From: an uncultured Anaerolineaceae bacterium
Lineage (GTDB): Bacteria > Chloroflexota > Limnocylindria > Limnocylindrales > CSP1-4
Direction of reading: 5' to 3'
Assembly (NCBI GenBank): GCA_964427285.1
Contig: CAYRTS010000008.1
Location: 7,469 to 71,468, forward strand
DNA length: 64,000 bases
Shown: positions 19,151-29,791 of the stretch, one piece after another
Layout of the letters: every line of letters begins with the position of its first letter
Position numbering within the stretch: position 1 is the stretch's first letter
Made by a program: the position numbers and the translations under genes
The notes under the pieces: model-generated
Databases searched by the model: none
Told to the model about the DNA's origin: nothing
The model's input: the letters and a program-made list of their open reading frames with translations, nothing else

Positions 19151-22100
19151 CTACGGGCAGCTGGCAATACTCGGGCGAGAGCGCAGGGTCAGATCGACGC
19201 TGCTTCCCTGGGAGATCGGGGTTCCCGCCGGGGGGACGGAGTCCGACACCACGAAATCGCCGCCCGGATCGTTGGGCTGGATCTCCCCGAGAGCGAGCCC
19301 GGCGCCGGTCAGGGCGTCGGCGGCTTCTTCCAGGGTCATGCACTGGAGGATGGGGACGAGGCCATCAAGTGGCGGCGGATCCACACCTGGATCCACGATC
19401 GGCGGGGGCGCGCAGGTCGGTCGCGGCGTCGGCGTTGCGAATGGGTCGGCCGGATCGGGCGACGCGAACGGATCGGGCGACGCGAACGGATCGGTCGGGC
19501 TCGGGGTCGGGGTCGCGAACGGATCGGCCGGATCCGGGGCAAACGGATCGCAGATGACCTCGACGACGGGGCACAGCTCAAGTGGCGGGAACGGTGCCCC
19601 CCAGGTCTTGCCATATGGGGCGAATGAGTTGTTGTAGAAGTACGAAGTTCGGGTCCTGTCCTGCCCGTCCTCGGCATTTGGGTCGCCGACGAGGCGCACC
19701 GTGCCGGGCCCCTCGGCGGCGCGCGCCGACCATTCCACGTTTGCCAGTTGCCAGATCGGGAAATTGACATCGACCGCCGCGAGGTCGAAGAAGCCGGTCG
19801 TGATCATTGGCCCGGCGCAGCCGTCCTGCCAGAGGAGGCCGGATGCCTCGTCGATCCCGAGTGCGACCCGGCTCGTCTCCTCCTGGGTCGGCACCGTGCC
19901 GGGCAGGAAGATCTCCTTGATCGTGACTGTCGTGAAGGGTCCCGGCTTGAACCCGGTGAACGCGTCCACTTCGGCCGTTTCCAGGTTCTCCGGGGCCACA
20001 AAGTCGGCGATCGGAAGCCCCTGGCTGATCTCGGTCAGGATCGCCGACCAGAGCGGAGCGGAGGTGTCGAGCGACAGTTTGCCGTCGTTGGGCGTGTTGT
20101 CGCTGTTGCCCATCCAGACGCCCACCGCGAGCGCGGGCGCCGTGTCGTCCTCTGGAGGGGCCAGGTAGCCATAGGCCGCCACGTCACGGTTGTCGGAGGT
20201 CGTACCGGTCTTGTAGGCGGCGGGCCGGCGCGTGTCGCCCTCGAAGATCGCCCATTTGCCCCAATACGGATTGACCTTGCGGTCCGTGTTGCCGGCCAGG
20301 ATGTCCGTCACGATGTAGGCGCTGCCGGCGTTGATCACGCGGGTGCCCTTCTCGACCAGGCCGCTCAGCGGCCAGACGGTCCGGCCGTCGGCGTCCACAA
20401 TCGACACGATCATCTTCTGCTGAGCCCGGACACCACCGTTGGCGAGCACCGAGTAGGCCCCGAGCAGCTCGATTGGGCGCAGCTCCAGGGTCCCGATGCC
20501 CATCGACGCGACCGGGAGGGCCGTCGCCGGATAGGTCAGTCCAAAGTCGAGGGTGCGCCCAAAGACGCGTTCCAGACCCGTGATCATGGTGGCCTTGATG
20601 GCGGGAACGTTGAGCGAGAACTGGAGCGCGGAGCGGACACGGACCGGGCCACGCTCCAGCTTGTCAGCCTGGGTCGGCACCCATGGGTTGGCCTCGTTGC
20701 CAAAGTCCGTCGCCACGTCCATCAGCATCGTTGAGGCGGTGATCGCCCGATCATCGATCCCGATCGCGTAGTTGATCGGCTTGATCGCGGATCCGGGTTG
20801 GCGCCAGCCGTCCGCGAGCACGTCGTATTGCGGCTGGAATGTCTTGGTGCCCCGCGAGGTGTAGCTGGCACTGCCGACATAGGCGAGGATCTCACCCGTC
20901 CGGTAATCCTGGATCGCCGCCGCCGCGTTGTGGATGTCGTGGCCGCGCAGGCCCAGGATCCACTTGTGGGCCGCCTCAGGGATCTTGCGCGAGGTCAGGA
21001 CCGCCACCGGGTCCTTGGCGTTGGTCGCGCGGGCCGCCGCGAAGACCCACTTCTCGGCGACCTGCTGCATCTCCCAGTCCAGGGTCGTGGTCACGCGGTA
21101 GCCGCCTGAATCCACCGCCTGGCAGTCTTCGGGGGTGTCCGGGCAGAGGATGCGCCCCAGCTCCTCACGGACCTGCCAGACCAGGTGCGGCGCCTTCCAG
21201 TTGACCGAGACCTTCTGGCGAAGCTCAACCGGGTCGTCCTTGGCCGCCTCGTACTCCGCGGCCGTATGCCCGTCACCACTCAGCGGACTGCGTGTCTTCA
21301 TCAGCTCGAGGACGAAATTGCGCCGCTGCACGATCTCGGTCTCGGGCGGGACGATGAGCGTGAACTTGGCGCATTCGACCTCGTCGGGCAGGTCCTCGAG
21401 GCAGATCGATTGCGCATTCCGGACCAGGTCAAAGCGGGTGGGGGACTGCGGGATCGCGGCGAGGATGGCCGCCTCCGCCAGGCTCAGTTCATCGAGGGTC
21501 TTGCCAAAGTAGCTCTTGGCCGCCGCCTTGATCCCATAACTTTGGTTGCCGTAGAAGTTCTGGTTGAGGTAGGCGGTGATGATCTGTTCCTTGCCGGCCT
21601 CGCCCGGGAAGGCTTCGGTGAGACGGATGGACTGGATGATCTCCCGAATCTTGCGATCGAACGTGGAGCCCGCAAATGCCTCGGGCGGCAGGAGGCGCGA
21701 ACGCACCAGTTGCTGGGTGATGGTTGACGCGCCACGCGGCCGGCCGGTAACCGTGTCGATCCCCGCAGAGACGATCGCAGACAGATCAAAGCCGGGGTTG
21801 GTCCAGAAGTCCTTGTCTTCGATCGCCGTCGTGGCGTCCAGGACCTCGGCCGGGATGTCTTCGAACACGATCAGCTCGCGCTTGAGTTCACCCAGCCGAG
21901 CAAGCTCGATCTTGCCGGTCCGGTCGTACAGGATCGTCTGCTGCTCGAACTCGATCCCCGCGAGCGCGGCAACGGGCTCCGGCAGACCCTGGGAGAAGTG
22001 GTTGTACCCGCCCACCAGGACCAGGAGTCCGATGAAACCGGCGAAAACCGAGCTGGCGATGAATGTGCCGGCAGCGGCACCGAGGACGGTGAGCGCGGTG

Positions 22101-22210
22101 GCCGCAGCGCGTCCGCCCGGTCGGCGAGCGATGGCTCGGCGCAGGCGCCGGCGCCGCGCGAGACTGGTCTGCATCTGTGCCCGCACGATAGCATAGGAGG
22201 CATGAACCAA
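19151..22210 (-). CDS. Class A penicillin-binding protein (transglycosylase/transpeptidase) with Pro-rich linker and C-terminal PASTA domain
   Basis: GT51 motifs EDKDFWTNPG and RGASTITQQLVR. Transpeptidase motifs SAIKP (SxxK), SLN and KTGTT. N-terminal TM anchor. The C-terminal ~60 aa (MTLEEAADALTGAGLALGEI..VDLTL) are PASTA-like. Confidence 0.9.
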   Translation of the reverse strand: MVHASYAIVRAQMQTSLARRRRLRRAIARRPGGRAAATALTVLGAAAGTFIASSVFAGFIGLLVLVGGYNHFSQGLPEPVAALAGIEFEQQTILYDRTGKIELARLGELKRELIVFEDIPAEVLDATTAIEDKDFWTNPGFDLSAIVSAGIDTVTGRPRGASTITQQLVRSRLLPPEAFAGSTFDRKIREIIQSIRLTEAFPGEAGKEQIITAYLNQNFYGNQSYGIKAAAKSYFGKTLDELSLAEAAILAAIPQSPTRFDLVRNAQSICLEDLPDEVECAKFTLIVPPETEIVQRRNFVLELMKTRSPLSGDGHTAAEYEAAKDDPVELRQKVSVNWKAPHLVWQVREELGRILCPDTPEDCQAVDSGGYRVTTTLDWEMQQVAEKWVFAAARATNAKDPVAVLTSRKIPEAAHKWILGLRGHDIHNAAAAIQDYRTGEILAYVGSASYTSRGTKTFQPQYDVLADGWRQPGSAIKPINYAIGIDDRAITASTMLMDVATDFGNEANPWVPTQADKLERGPVRVRSALQFSLNVPAIKATMITGLERVFGRTLDFGLTYPATALPVASMGIGTLELRPIELLGAYSVLANGGVRAQQKMIVSIVDADGRTVWPLSGLVEKGTRVINAGSAYIVTDILAGNTDRKVNPYWGKWAIFEGDTRRPAAYKTGTTSDNRDVAAYGYLAPPEDDTAPALAVGVWMGNSDNTPNDGKLSLDTSAPLWSAILTEISQGLPIADFVAPENLETAEVDAFTGFKPGPFTTVTIKEIFLPGTVPTQEETSRVALGIDEASGLLWQDGCAGPMITTGFFDLAAVDVNFPIWQLANVEWSARAAEGPGTVRLVGDPNAEDGQDRTRTSYFYNNSFAPYGKTWGAPFPPLELCPVVEVICDPFAPDPADPFATPTPSPTDPFASPDPFASPDPADPFATPTPRPTCAPPPIVDPGVDPPPLDGLVPILQCMTLEEAADALTGAGLALGEIQPNDPGGDFVVSDSVPPAGTPISQGSSVDLTLRSRPSIASCP
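19437..19550 (-). repeat. Tandem/degenerate repeats (core gcgaacggatc; perfect 18-bp doublet at 19457-19492) encoding the DPFA(S/T)P peptide repeats of the PBP linker
   Basis: gggcgacgcgaacggatc occurs twice in tandem, flanked by degenerate copies. The protein reads DPFATPTPSPTDPFASPDPFASPDPADPFATP. Confidence 0.8.
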
Positions 22211-22257
22211 CGGTCGGGCGCCTCTCCGAGGGTCGTGACGTCTCAGCGGGTCTGCCT

Positions 22258-23616
22258 GTGACGAGTCGAACCGGCACGGCCGCGATGGGGGACGAACCCG
22301 GGGGCACCGCCACGGAGTCAGGCGGCGGAGGGCCGGGCGGGTTGCTGGCCGAGCTGGAGTGGCGCGGCATCCTGCACGCCACGACCCCGGGGCTCCCGGC
22401 TCGACTGGCCAGCGGGCGCCCGATCTCCGCGTATGTAGGGTTCGATCCGTCCGCGCCGTCGCTCCATATCGGCAGCCTCGTGCCGATCTTCGGGCTCCTC
22501 CGATTGCAGCGCCACGGCGGCCGACCCGTCGCGCTGGTCGGCGGCGGTACCGGGATGATCGGCGACCCGTCCGGGCGGTCCTCGGAACGGAACCTCCTGG
22601 ATCGCGACACGCTGGAGGCCAACGTCCTCGCGCTGCGGGCGCAACTGGAACGCTTCCTGGATTTCACCCCGGGAGCCGGCGGGGCGGTCCTGGTCAACAA
22701 CCTGGACTGGCTTGGCGAGCTGGGCCTGATCGACTTCCTGCGTGACACCGGCAAGCACTTCACGATCCCGTACATGCTGGCCAAGGATTCCGTGCAGACG
22801 CGCCTGGATCGCGGCCTGTCGTTCACCGAGTTCAGCTACATGCTCCTGCAGGCCTATGACTTTGCCCACCTGCACCGAACGATGGGCGTCGAGTTGCAGA
22901 TGGGCGGCGCGGACCAGTGGGGCAACATCACGGCCGGGCTGGAGCTCATCCGGCGCGTCGGCGGTGGGGGGGATGAGGCCGCCGCCGACGCCGAAGGTGC
23001 GCACGGTCTGGCCTACAAGCTCCTGCTCACGCCGTCCGGGACCAAGTTCGGCAAGAGCGAGGCCGGGGAGTCCGTCTGGCTCGATCCCGCCCGGACGACA
23101 CCCTTTGCCTTCTACCAATACTGGCTGAACGCCGACGACCGCGATGTCGGAACCTACCTGCGCTGGTTCACCGAGTTCAAGCCCGAACAGATCGAGGCAC
23201 TCGAGGCGGAGGCGGCCCGGGCGCCCGAAGGACGACCCGCGCAACGAGCGCTGGCCCGCGATATCACCACCCGGACCCACGGCGAGGCCGCGGCGGCGCA
23301 GGCCGTCACCGATTCCGCAGCCAGGTTCTCCTCGGAGGCCATCGCCGACCCCGCGGCCCTGCGGGCCCTGTTTGAGGGTGGCGGCGGGTTCACGTTTTCG
23401 TCCGCGCTGCTCGCCGGCGGAACGGCGGTCCTCCTGGCCGAGGCGGGCCTCTTCCCGTCACGCGGCGAGGCACGCCGAATGGTGGCCGGCGGCGGTGTGA
23501 CCATCAACGGCATGCGTGTCACGGACGCATCGTTCGTTCCTGACCTGATCGCCGGGGAGTGGCTTGACGTCCGCATCGGCAAGCGCCGCCGCGAGATCGG
23601 GCGGCTTCTGGCCTGA
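22258..23616 (+). CDS. tyrS: Tyrosine--tRNA ligase
   Basis: HIGH-type motif (PSLHIGSL), KMSKS-type motif (KFGKS), C-terminal S4-like domain. Start could be 22258 or ATG 22285. Confidence 0.95.
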   Translation: MTSRTGTAAMGDEPGGTATESGGGGPGGLLAELEWRGILHATTPGLPARLASGRPISAYVGFDPSAPSLHIGSLVPIFGLLRLQRHGGRPVALVGGGTGMIGDPSGRSSERNLLDRDTLEANVLALRAQLERFLDFTPGAGGAVLVNNLDWLGELGLIDFLRDTGKHFTIPYMLAKDSVQTRLDRGLSFTEFSYMLLQAYDFAHLHRTMGVELQMGGADQWGNITAGLELIRRVGGGGDEAAADAEGAHGLAYKLLLTPSGTKFGKSEAGESVWLDPARTTPFAFYQYWLNADDRDVGTYLRWFTEFKPEQIEALEAEAARAPEGRPAQRALARDITTRTHGEAAAAQAVTDSAARFSSEAIADPAALRALFEGGGGFTFSSALLAGGTAVLLAEAGLFPSRGEARRMVAGGGVTINGMRVTDASFVPDLIAGEWLDVRIGKRRREIGRLLA

Positions 23617-23628
23617 CCGGCCGCCGCC

Positions 23629-24294
23629 TCAGGCGTGGTGGCGGGCGCGCAAGGCCTCGATGGCCTCGGAGGGCGGCAGGCCGCGCTCGGCGAGGAGCAA
23701 CAGGGTGTGGAACAGCAGGTCGGCAGCCTCACCAGCCATGGCGCCCCGGGTAGGCTCCCGATCTGTCCCGATCGCTTCGGCCGCGGCGTCGTCCTTGGCG
23801 GCCAGGAGCAGCTCGGTCGCCTCTTCGGTGACCTTGCGGGCTACGGCATCCACGCCGCCGGCAAGCAGCTTGGCGGTATAGGAACCCTCCGGACGCGAGG
23901 CAACCCGCGAGGCGATCGTGGCCCACAGCGTCTCCAGCCAGGCGAACCCCTGCGTCGATCGTAGGCCCGGCGCGCCATCGGGATCGAAGCAGCTCCGTGT
24001 CTCGCGGTGACAGGTCGGTCCGACGGGTTCGACCGTCAGCAGGAGCGCATCCCCGTCGCAGTCGGTCGCCAGATCCACCAGGCGGAGCGTGTTCCCGCTC
24101 GTTTCGCCCTTGCGCCACAGCCGATTGCGCGACCGCGAGTGAAAGTGGACGTCATTGGTCGCCAGCGTTGCCGCCATGGCTTCCGCGTCCATCCAGGCGA
24201 CCATCAGGACCCGGCCGTCGGTCGCGTCCTGGACAACGGCGGGCACCAGCCCATCGGCGCCGAAACGGACATCGGGTGTGGCGAGCCCGGTCAT
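23629..24294 (-). CDS. hisI: Bifunctional phosphoribosyl-AMP cyclohydrolase / phosphoribosyl-ATP pyrophosphatase
   Basis: HisI core [31 protein letters not shown] fused to a HisE-like helical C-terminus. Confidence 0.9.
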   Translation of the reverse strand: MTGLATPDVRFGADGLVPAVVQDATDGRVLMVAWMDAEAMAATLATNDVHFHSRSRNRLWRKGETSGNTLRLVDLATDCDGDALLLTVEPVGPTCHRETRSCFDPDGAPGLRSTQGFAWLETLWATIASRVASRPEGSYTAKLLAGGVDAVARKVTEEATELLLAAKDDAAAEAIGTDREPTRGAMAGEAADLLFHTLLLLAERGLPPSEAIEALRARHHA

Positions 24295-25067
24295 GCGACG
24301 GCCTGCGGGACCAGGCGAACCGGCAGCCCGGCAGCCGCCATGGCGGCCTTGACCTCGCCGATGGCGTAAATCCGGCGATGGAAGATGGAGGCCGCGAGGA
24401 CCGCATCCGCCCCGCCATCACGAACCGCCGCCACGAAATCATCCGGACCGGCGGCGCCCCCGGACGCGATCACCGGGACCACGACCTGCGAACTGATCGC
24501 GCGCAGGAGCGCGGTGTCGAACCCTGAACCGGTTCCGTCCCGGTCGATCGAGGTGACCAGCAACTCGCCCGCCCCGAGCGTCACCGCGCGTCCCGCCCAA
24601 GCCACGGCGTCGAGCCCGGTCGCCCGCCGACCGCCCTCGACCAGGACCTCCCAGGTGCCGGGGGCCGTCTGCCGCGCGTCGATCGCGACCACCACCGCCT
24701 GGCGACCAAAGCGCTCCGCGCAGGCGCTGATCAGCGAAGGCTCGGCGACGGCGGCGGTATTGAGCGAGACCTTGTCGGCCCCGGCCCGCAGCACGGCGCG
24801 CATCTCGTCGACCGTCCGGACACCGCCGCCGACCGTGAGCGGGATGAATGCCCGCCGAGCCGTGCGTTCCACGATGTCCAGGAGCGTGCCCCGCCGCTCG
24901 GGTGCCGCGGTGATGTCGAGGAACACGATCTCATCGGCGCCCTCGCGCGCGTAGCGTTCGGCCAGTTCCGGTGGGTCACCCGCATCGACGAGGTCCACGA
25001 ACCGGGTCCCCTTGACAACCCGGCCGTCCGCCACGTCGAGGCATGGGATCACCCGCCGGCGAAGCAT
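24291..25067 (-). CDS. hisF: Imidazole glycerol phosphate synthase, cyclase subunit
   Basis: [16 protein letters not shown]...[12 protein letters not shown]...; 4-nt overlap with hisI. Confidence 0.95.
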   Translation of the reverse strand: MLRRRVIPCLDVADGRVVKGTRFVDLVDAGDPPELAERYAREGADEIVFLDITAAPERRGTLLDIVERTARRAFIPLTVGGGVRTVDEMRAVLRAGADKVSLNTAAVAEPSLISACAERFGRQAVVVAIDARQTAPGTWEVLVEGGRRATGLDAVAWAGRAVTLGAGELLVTSIDRDGTGSGFDTALLRAISSQVVVPVIASGGAAGPDDFVAAVRDGGADAVLAASIFHRRIYAIGEVKAAMAAAGLPVRLVPQAVA

Positions 25068-25738
25068 CAGGCGACCCGCACGAGATCGACGAAATTGGCC
25101 AGCAGCCGGAGACCGTCCGGCCCGCTTCGCTCGGGATGGAACTGGACGCCGACCAGGGCTCCGCGGGCGGCTGCCGAAACAAATGGGCGTCCATGGGTCG
25201 TGCGCGCGAGGACCAGTGGCTCGTTGCCGTTGGGCGCCTCGTCGCTGTCGTCTGGCGGCGCTCCCACATACGAGTGCACGAAGTAGAAGTCGGCGCCGTC
25301 CTCAATCCCGTCGAAGATCGCGTGCGGTCGGGTGCGCTCGACCTGGTTCCAGCCGATGTGCGGAAGCGTTGGTGCGTCGACCAGCCGGACGCTCCGTCCG
25401 GGCAGTGTCCCAAGCGTCGTCGCGCCGTCCTCGTCACTGCCTTCAAAGAGGAGCTGGAGACCCAGGCAGATGCCCAGCAATGGCCGATCCGCGGCGATCC
25501 ACGCGCTGAGCGGGGCCGTCAGCCCCTGGCCCTCGAGCCGGGTCATCGCCGGCCCGGCCGCGCCAACACCGGGGACCACCACGGCGTCGGCACCCGCGAG
25601 GTCCACCGCCGTCTCCACGATCCGGACCTCGGCGCCCACGGTCGTCAGCGCCTGATGGATGCTCACGAGATTGCCTGCCCCGTAGTCAATCACCGCCACG
25701 AGAGGCCGCGCCGCCCGTCCGCCCGCCCGCAGGCTCAC
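25067..25738 (-). CDS. hisH: Imidazole glycerol phosphate synthase, glutaminase subunit
   Basis: Class I amidotransferase: [27 protein letters not shown]. Confidence 0.95.
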   Translation of the reverse strand: MSLRAGGRAARPLVAVIDYGAGNLVSIHQALTTVGAEVRIVETAVDLAGADAVVVPGVGAAGPAMTRLEGQGLTAPLSAWIAADRPLLGICLGLQLLFEGSDEDGATTLGTLPGRSVRLVDAPTLPHIGWNQVERTRPHAIFDGIEDGADFYFVHSYVGAPPDDSDEAPNGNEPLVLARTTHGRPFVSAAARGALVGVQFHPERSGPDGLRLLANFVDLVRVA

Positions 25739-26361
25739 CCGAGTGCGCCCTTGGTCGAGGCGACGCCCGTCCGCCGGGGGTCGAGCTCGCAGGCGACCCG
25801 CAGCGCGCGTCCCAGCGCCTTGAACGCCGCCTCCGCGAGATGGTGATCGTTGCGCCCCGAGCCGGTGACATGCAGCGTCGCACCGGCGGTCCGGGCGAAC
25901 GCCTCAAGCGCGTGTTCGACGAGCTGGAGCGGCAGGCCGCCAACCTGTTCGCCACGGAACGGCAGATCGATCACGGCATAGGGCCGCCCGCCGATGTCAA
26001 GCGCAACGCTGGCGAGGGACTCGTCCATGGGGACGGCGCTCTGGCCAAACCGGGCGATCCCGGCCCGGTCCCCGAGGGCTTCGGCAAACGCTGCCCCAAG
26101 CACCAGCGCCGAGTCCTCCACGGTGTGGTGTTCGTCGATCTGCAGGTCGCCGTCGGCGCTGATCGCGAGGTCGAACAGGCCGTGGTGAGCCATCGAGCCC
26201 AGCAGGTGATCGTAGAACCCGACTCCGGTGTCGATCGAGGTCGAGCCGCTGCCATCGATCCCGAGCGTGACCGTGATCGAGGTCTCACGGGTGGACCGGG
26301 CGATCGTGACTCGGCGGCCGTCCCGCGGCCCGATCGTCAACTCACCAAGCGGCGTCGTCAT
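25735..26361 (-). CDS. hisB: Imidazoleglycerol-phosphate dehydratase
   Basis: RSTRETSITVTL..., DEHHTVED, GRNDHHLAEAAFKALG. The ATG at 26361 forms an ATGA overlap with the hisC stop. The ORF-track N-terminal extension lies inside hisC. Confidence 0.9.
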   Translation of the reverse strand: MTTPLGELTIGPRDGRRVTIARSTRETSITVTLGIDGSGSTSIDTGVGFYDHLLGSMAHHGLFDLAISADGDLQIDEHHTVEDSALVLGAAFAEALGDRAGIARFGQSAVPMDESLASVALDIGGRPYAVIDLPFRGEQVGGLPLQLVEHALEAFARTAGATLHVTGSGRNDHHLAEAAFKALGRALRVACELDPRRTGVASTKGALG

Positions 26362-27518
26362 ACCGAATCTCCCTGTAGGTGGTTGGCCGCCAGCGCCTGC
26401 GCCACGGCAATCAGTCGGTCGTTCTCGTGCGGGTCGCGGACGGTCAGCCGGAGATGGCTCACCAGCGGGTGCCCGGCCCCAAACGTGCGCGGCACGAGAC
26501 CCGCCCGGAGCATGGCGTCCGCGACAGCGGCGGCCCGTTCGGCGGTCCCGAAGTCCACCAGGACAAAGTTGGTCACGGACGGGCCAACGGACCAACCCGC
26601 GTCCCGAAGCGCCTCGCCAAGGCGTGCCCGTTCGCGAACCACCCGATCGAGGTTGGCGGCAAGGACCATGTCGTCGAGGAGGGCCGCCGTGGCGATCGTC
26701 ACGGACATCACGCTCACCGACCCGGGCGGCCGGTAGGGGTTGAGTCGATCAATGATCTCCGGGCGGGCAATCCCGAACCCCACTCGCAGCCCGGCCAGCG
26801 CGTACGCCTTGCTCACGGTCCGGATGCCGATCAGGTTCGGGTACGCAAAGCGCAGATCGAGCAGCGACCTTCCGACGAATTCGGCGTAGGCCTCATCGAG
26901 CACCACGATCGGCGCTTCGCGCTTGGCGGCGTCGGCATCGATCAGGAGGCCGGCGAGCAGTTGCGCGATCAAGCCGTCAGGCTCGGCCAGCGCGGTCGGG
27001 TTGTTCGGGCTGCACAGCCAGATCACGGAGGCGTCACGAGCAGCGGCCCGGACCGCGTCGAGATCGAGCGCCCAGCTACCCGCTGCCCCTTGGCGCGGGA
27101 CGGCGAGGACAGTCGCCCCGCGTTGTTCCGTGTCCACCCGGTACATTGCGTAACTGGGGATGGGCACGACGGCCCGGCCGCCCGGTGAAATGAACACCTT
27201 GGAGATCATGTCGAGGATCTCATCGGCACCGGCGCCAACCACGATTTCGTTCATGGCCACGCCGTAGCGCGCGGCCGCCGCAGCCACCATCGCGCGGTAG
27301 TCGGTAGGCGGATACTCGGACAGCGACGTGACGAATTCACCGCCGGCCAGCAGTCGACCGGCCAGCTCCGGTGGGGTGGGGGAGGTGTTCAGGTCGAAGC
27401 GGACGATCTGCTGCGGATCGACGCGATAGCGGCTGGCGACCTCCTCGTTCGTGGCTTCCCAGGTGTATGAGGAAGGAGCGATGGGCGTGCTGAAGGTCAC
27501 CGGTGTCGGACTCATCAC
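26358..27518 (-). CDS. hisC: Histidinol-phosphate aminotransferase
   Basis: 386 aa; class II aminotransferase with PLP lysine context (IRTVSKAYALAGLRVG). Confidence 0.9.
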   Translation of the reverse strand: MMSPTPVTFSTPIAPSSYTWEATNEEVASRYRVDPQQIVRFDLNTSPTPPELAGRLLAGGEFVTSLSEYPPTDYRAMVAAAAARYGVAMNEIVVGAGADEILDMISKVFISPGGRAVVPIPSYAMYRVDTEQRGATVLAVPRQGAAGSWALDLDAVRAAARDASVIWLCSPNNPTALAEPDGLIAQLLAGLLIDADAAKREAPIVVLDEAYAEFVGRSLLDLRFAYPNLIGIRTVSKAYALAGLRVGFGIARPEIIDRLNPYRPPGSVSVMSVTIATAALLDDMVLAANLDRVVRERARLGEALRDAGWSVGPSVTNFVLVDFGTAERAAAVADAMLRAGLVPRTFGAGHPLVSHLRLTVRDPHENDRLIAVAQALAANHLQGDSV

Positions 27519-28903
27519 TCGTCACCCGCGAAGCGGATCTCGACGGCGTAGCGATGGGCCAGTAGTCCTTCGGCCTCGGCCAGGGTGCCGACCGTTTCGC
27601 GGATGGAGGCGAGCCCGTCGCGGGTCACGCGCTGGATCTGGCTGTACTTGCCGTAGTGCTCCACCGCCAGGGCCCCGGACGCGCGGGCCAGACCACCGGT
27701 CGGGAGGACATGGTTAGCACCGGTCGCATAGTCGCCGGCTGACTCGGGTGCCCACGGTCCGGCGAAGATCGATCCCGCATTTCGCAGGCGGCTGATCGTG
27801 GCTTCAAGCGGCTCCACGTCGACCGACAGGTGCTCGGGGGCATAGTCGTTGACAAAGTCGACGGCGGCATCGAGCGTGGGGGCGAGGGCGATCAGACCGT
27901 GGTCGCGGAGGGCTGCGGCCAGGATTCCGTGACGGCTGGCGTCCGCGAGCGCGACATTGACCGCTCGTTCGACCGCGTCGGCGTACCCGGCATCGGTCGT
28001 CACCAGGATCGCTGGTGAATCCGGCCCGTGCTCCGCCTGGGTGATGAGGTCCGCGGCGACGCGTGCCGGATCGGCCGGTGGCATGGCCAGGACCATCCCT
28101 TCGGACGGGCCGGCCGGCAGATCGATCCCGATCTCGCCGATCACCTCCATCTTGGCGGCGGTGACCCAGGCATTCCCGGGACCGACGATGCGATCCACGG
28201 CCTGGATCCCGGCTTCGGGCAGGCCGTAGGCGAGGGCGCCGATGGCCTGGGCGCCCCCGGCCACGATGAAGCCATCGACCTCGAGCAGTCCTGCTGCGCC
28301 AAGCAGGATGAGGTTGGTGGTGCCGTCGCGATCGGCCGGCGAGGCGACGATGATCGTGTCGACGCCGGCGACCCGGGCCGGGACGACGGTCATGACCAGG
28401 GACGAGGGATAGGGTGCGGACCCGCCCGGGACGTAGGCCCCGACCCGTGCCAGGGGCATCCAACGGCGCTCGATCTCGATCCCTGGGGCGATGATCGTCG
28501 TAGTTGAGGCAACCGGGCGCTGGGTCTCGGCGAACCGGCGCACGTTGGCGATGGACTGGTCGAGGGCGTGGCGGATCCGCGGCGCGAGCGTGTCGCGCGC
28601 CTGGCGGAGATCGTCCGCGTCAAGGACGAGACGACCGTCCGCGCGGCCGCCGCCGACGCTGCTGTTGGCAGCTCGAACGGCGGCGTCACCGCCATCGCGG
28701 ATCGTCGCGAGGGTCGCCCGGGCACCTTCACGAATGGCGGGATCCGGCACCGCACCTCGGCGGACCAGGGCGACGTACTCGCGCCGGGCGTCCTCGTCAC
28801 CGGCGGCGACGGCTGCCAGATCAAGACGTCGCAGGCGCAGGCCGGCGGGCTCTGGCACCCCGGTCGCGGCAGGCGTGGCAGGCGCGGCTGGCTCCCGTGT
28901 CAT
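27515..28903 (-). CDS. hisD: Histidinol dehydrogenase
   Basis: GPGNAWVTAAK, QAEHGPDS, HLSV motifs. The ATG at 28903 lies 5 nt after the hisG stop. Confidence 0.9.
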   Translation of the reverse strand: MTREPAAPATPAATGVPEPAGLRLRRLDLAAVAAGDEDARREYVALVRRGAVPDPAIREGARATLATIRDGGDAAVRAANSSVGGGRADGRLVLDADDLRQARDTLAPRIRHALDQSIANVRRFAETQRPVASTTTIIAPGIEIERRWMPLARVGAYVPGGSAPYPSSLVMTVVPARVAGVDTIIVASPADRDGTTNLILLGAAGLLEVDGFIVAGGAQAIGALAYGLPEAGIQAVDRIVGPGNAWVTAAKMEVIGEIGIDLPAGPSEGMVLAMPPADPARVAADLITQAEHGPDSPAILVTTDAGYADAVERAVNVALADASRHGILAAALRDHGLIALAPTLDAAVDFVNDYAPEHLSVDVEPLEATISRLRNAGSIFAGPWAPESAGDYATGANHVLPTGGLARASGALAVEHYGKYSQIQRVTRDGLASIRETVGTLAEAEGLLAHRYAVEIRFAGDE

Positions 28904-28908
28904 TGCGC

Positions 28909-29775
28909 TCACTGGACGATCTTTTCGATCGGGAGGACGAGGATGCCTGACGCTCCGGCAGCCTTGAGCTTCGGCAGGAGCCCCCACACCTCATCTGCGC
29001 CGACAACGGAGTGGATCGCAATCATGCCGGCATGCGCGAGCGGGATCACCGTTGGCGATTCGAGCGCCGGGAGGAGTTCCTCGATCTCGGGCAGAGTGCT
29101 CGCCGGCGCATTCATCATCAGGTACTTGCGTCCGCGGGCAGCGATGACAGCGCTGAGCATCGTGTCGATCGCCGCGAGTTCGTCGGCGCGATCCCGCTGG
29201 GCCGCGGGATTGGCGACCAGGACCGCTTCGGACGCGAGCACGTCGCCAATCTGGCGAAGCCCGTTCATGACGAGCGTGGAACCCGTGGACACGAGATCGA
29301 CGATCGCCTCCGCAAGTCCCAGTCGCGGGGCGACCTCCACGGCACCGGAAATCGGGATGATCTCGACCGTGATCTGGCGGTCCGCAAAGAACCGGCGTGT
29401 GGTGTTCGGGTGGGCGGTCGCAATGCGCAGCCCGGCGAGGTCTTCGACGGTCCGATACGGCGCGTCGTTGGGCACGGCCGCCGCCAACCGACAACGCCCG
29501 TAACCAAGAGTCCTGACCCGTGGCAGATCCGTTCCCGCTTCGCTGATCAGGTCATCGCCGGTCACGCCGAGATCGGCCACGCCGTCGCCCACGAATTCGA
29601 TGATGTCGTTGGTCCGGACGAACAGGATTTCCAGGTCGTAGTTCTGGACCATGGCGACCAGGCTCCGATCGTGCTCATCGAAGACGAGCCCGGCATCATG
29701 GAGCAGGCGCAGGGTGGGTTCGACCAGCCGTCCCTTGTTCGGGATCGCCAGTCGGAGGCGGCGTGGTGCGTTCAT
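28909..29775 (-). CDS. hisG: ATP phosphoribosyltransferase (long form)
   Basis: LRLAIPNKGRL..., DLVSTGSTL, C-terminal regulatory domain. ATG at 29775; the upstream part of the ORF-track model overlaps the yerC-like gene. Confidence 0.9.
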   Translation of the reverse strand: MNAPRRLRLAIPNKGRLVEPTLRLLHDAGLVFDEHDRSLVAMVQNYDLEILFVRTNDIIEFVGDGVADLGVTGDDLISEAGTDLPRVRTLGYGRCRLAAAVPNDAPYRTVEDLAGLRIATAHPNTTRRFFADRQITVEIIPISGAVEVAPRLGLAEAIVDLVSTGSTLVMNGLRQIGDVLASEAVLVANPAAQRDRADELAAIDTMLSAVIAARGRKYLMMNAPASTLPEIEELLPALESPTVIPLAHAGMIAIHSVVGADEVWGLLPKLKAAGASGILVLPIEKIVQ

Positions 29776-29791
29776 TGGCCGCCCAATCCAG

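Noticed and set aside
19437-19550. Possible CRISPR-like arrays at the tandem repeats (also 6397-6456, 7241-7308, 10719-10770, 46621-46656).
   Set aside because: Units are 9-18 bp head-to-tail with no spacers. Most are in-frame low-complexity coding sequence. No cas genes are present in the window.
25735-26595. Long N-terminal extensions in the ORF-track models of hisB, hisD (to 28987), hisG (to 29967), mutS2 (from 16580), ruvB (from 37271), tgt (from 38467), rny (from 41796), miaA (from 47558), hflX (from 48568) and the PD40 gene (to 62759).
   Set aside because: The extensions overlap the preceding gene, are Arg-rich, and precede internal starts that fit family N-termini. Those internal starts also have either an SD sequence or a 4-nt stop/start overlap.
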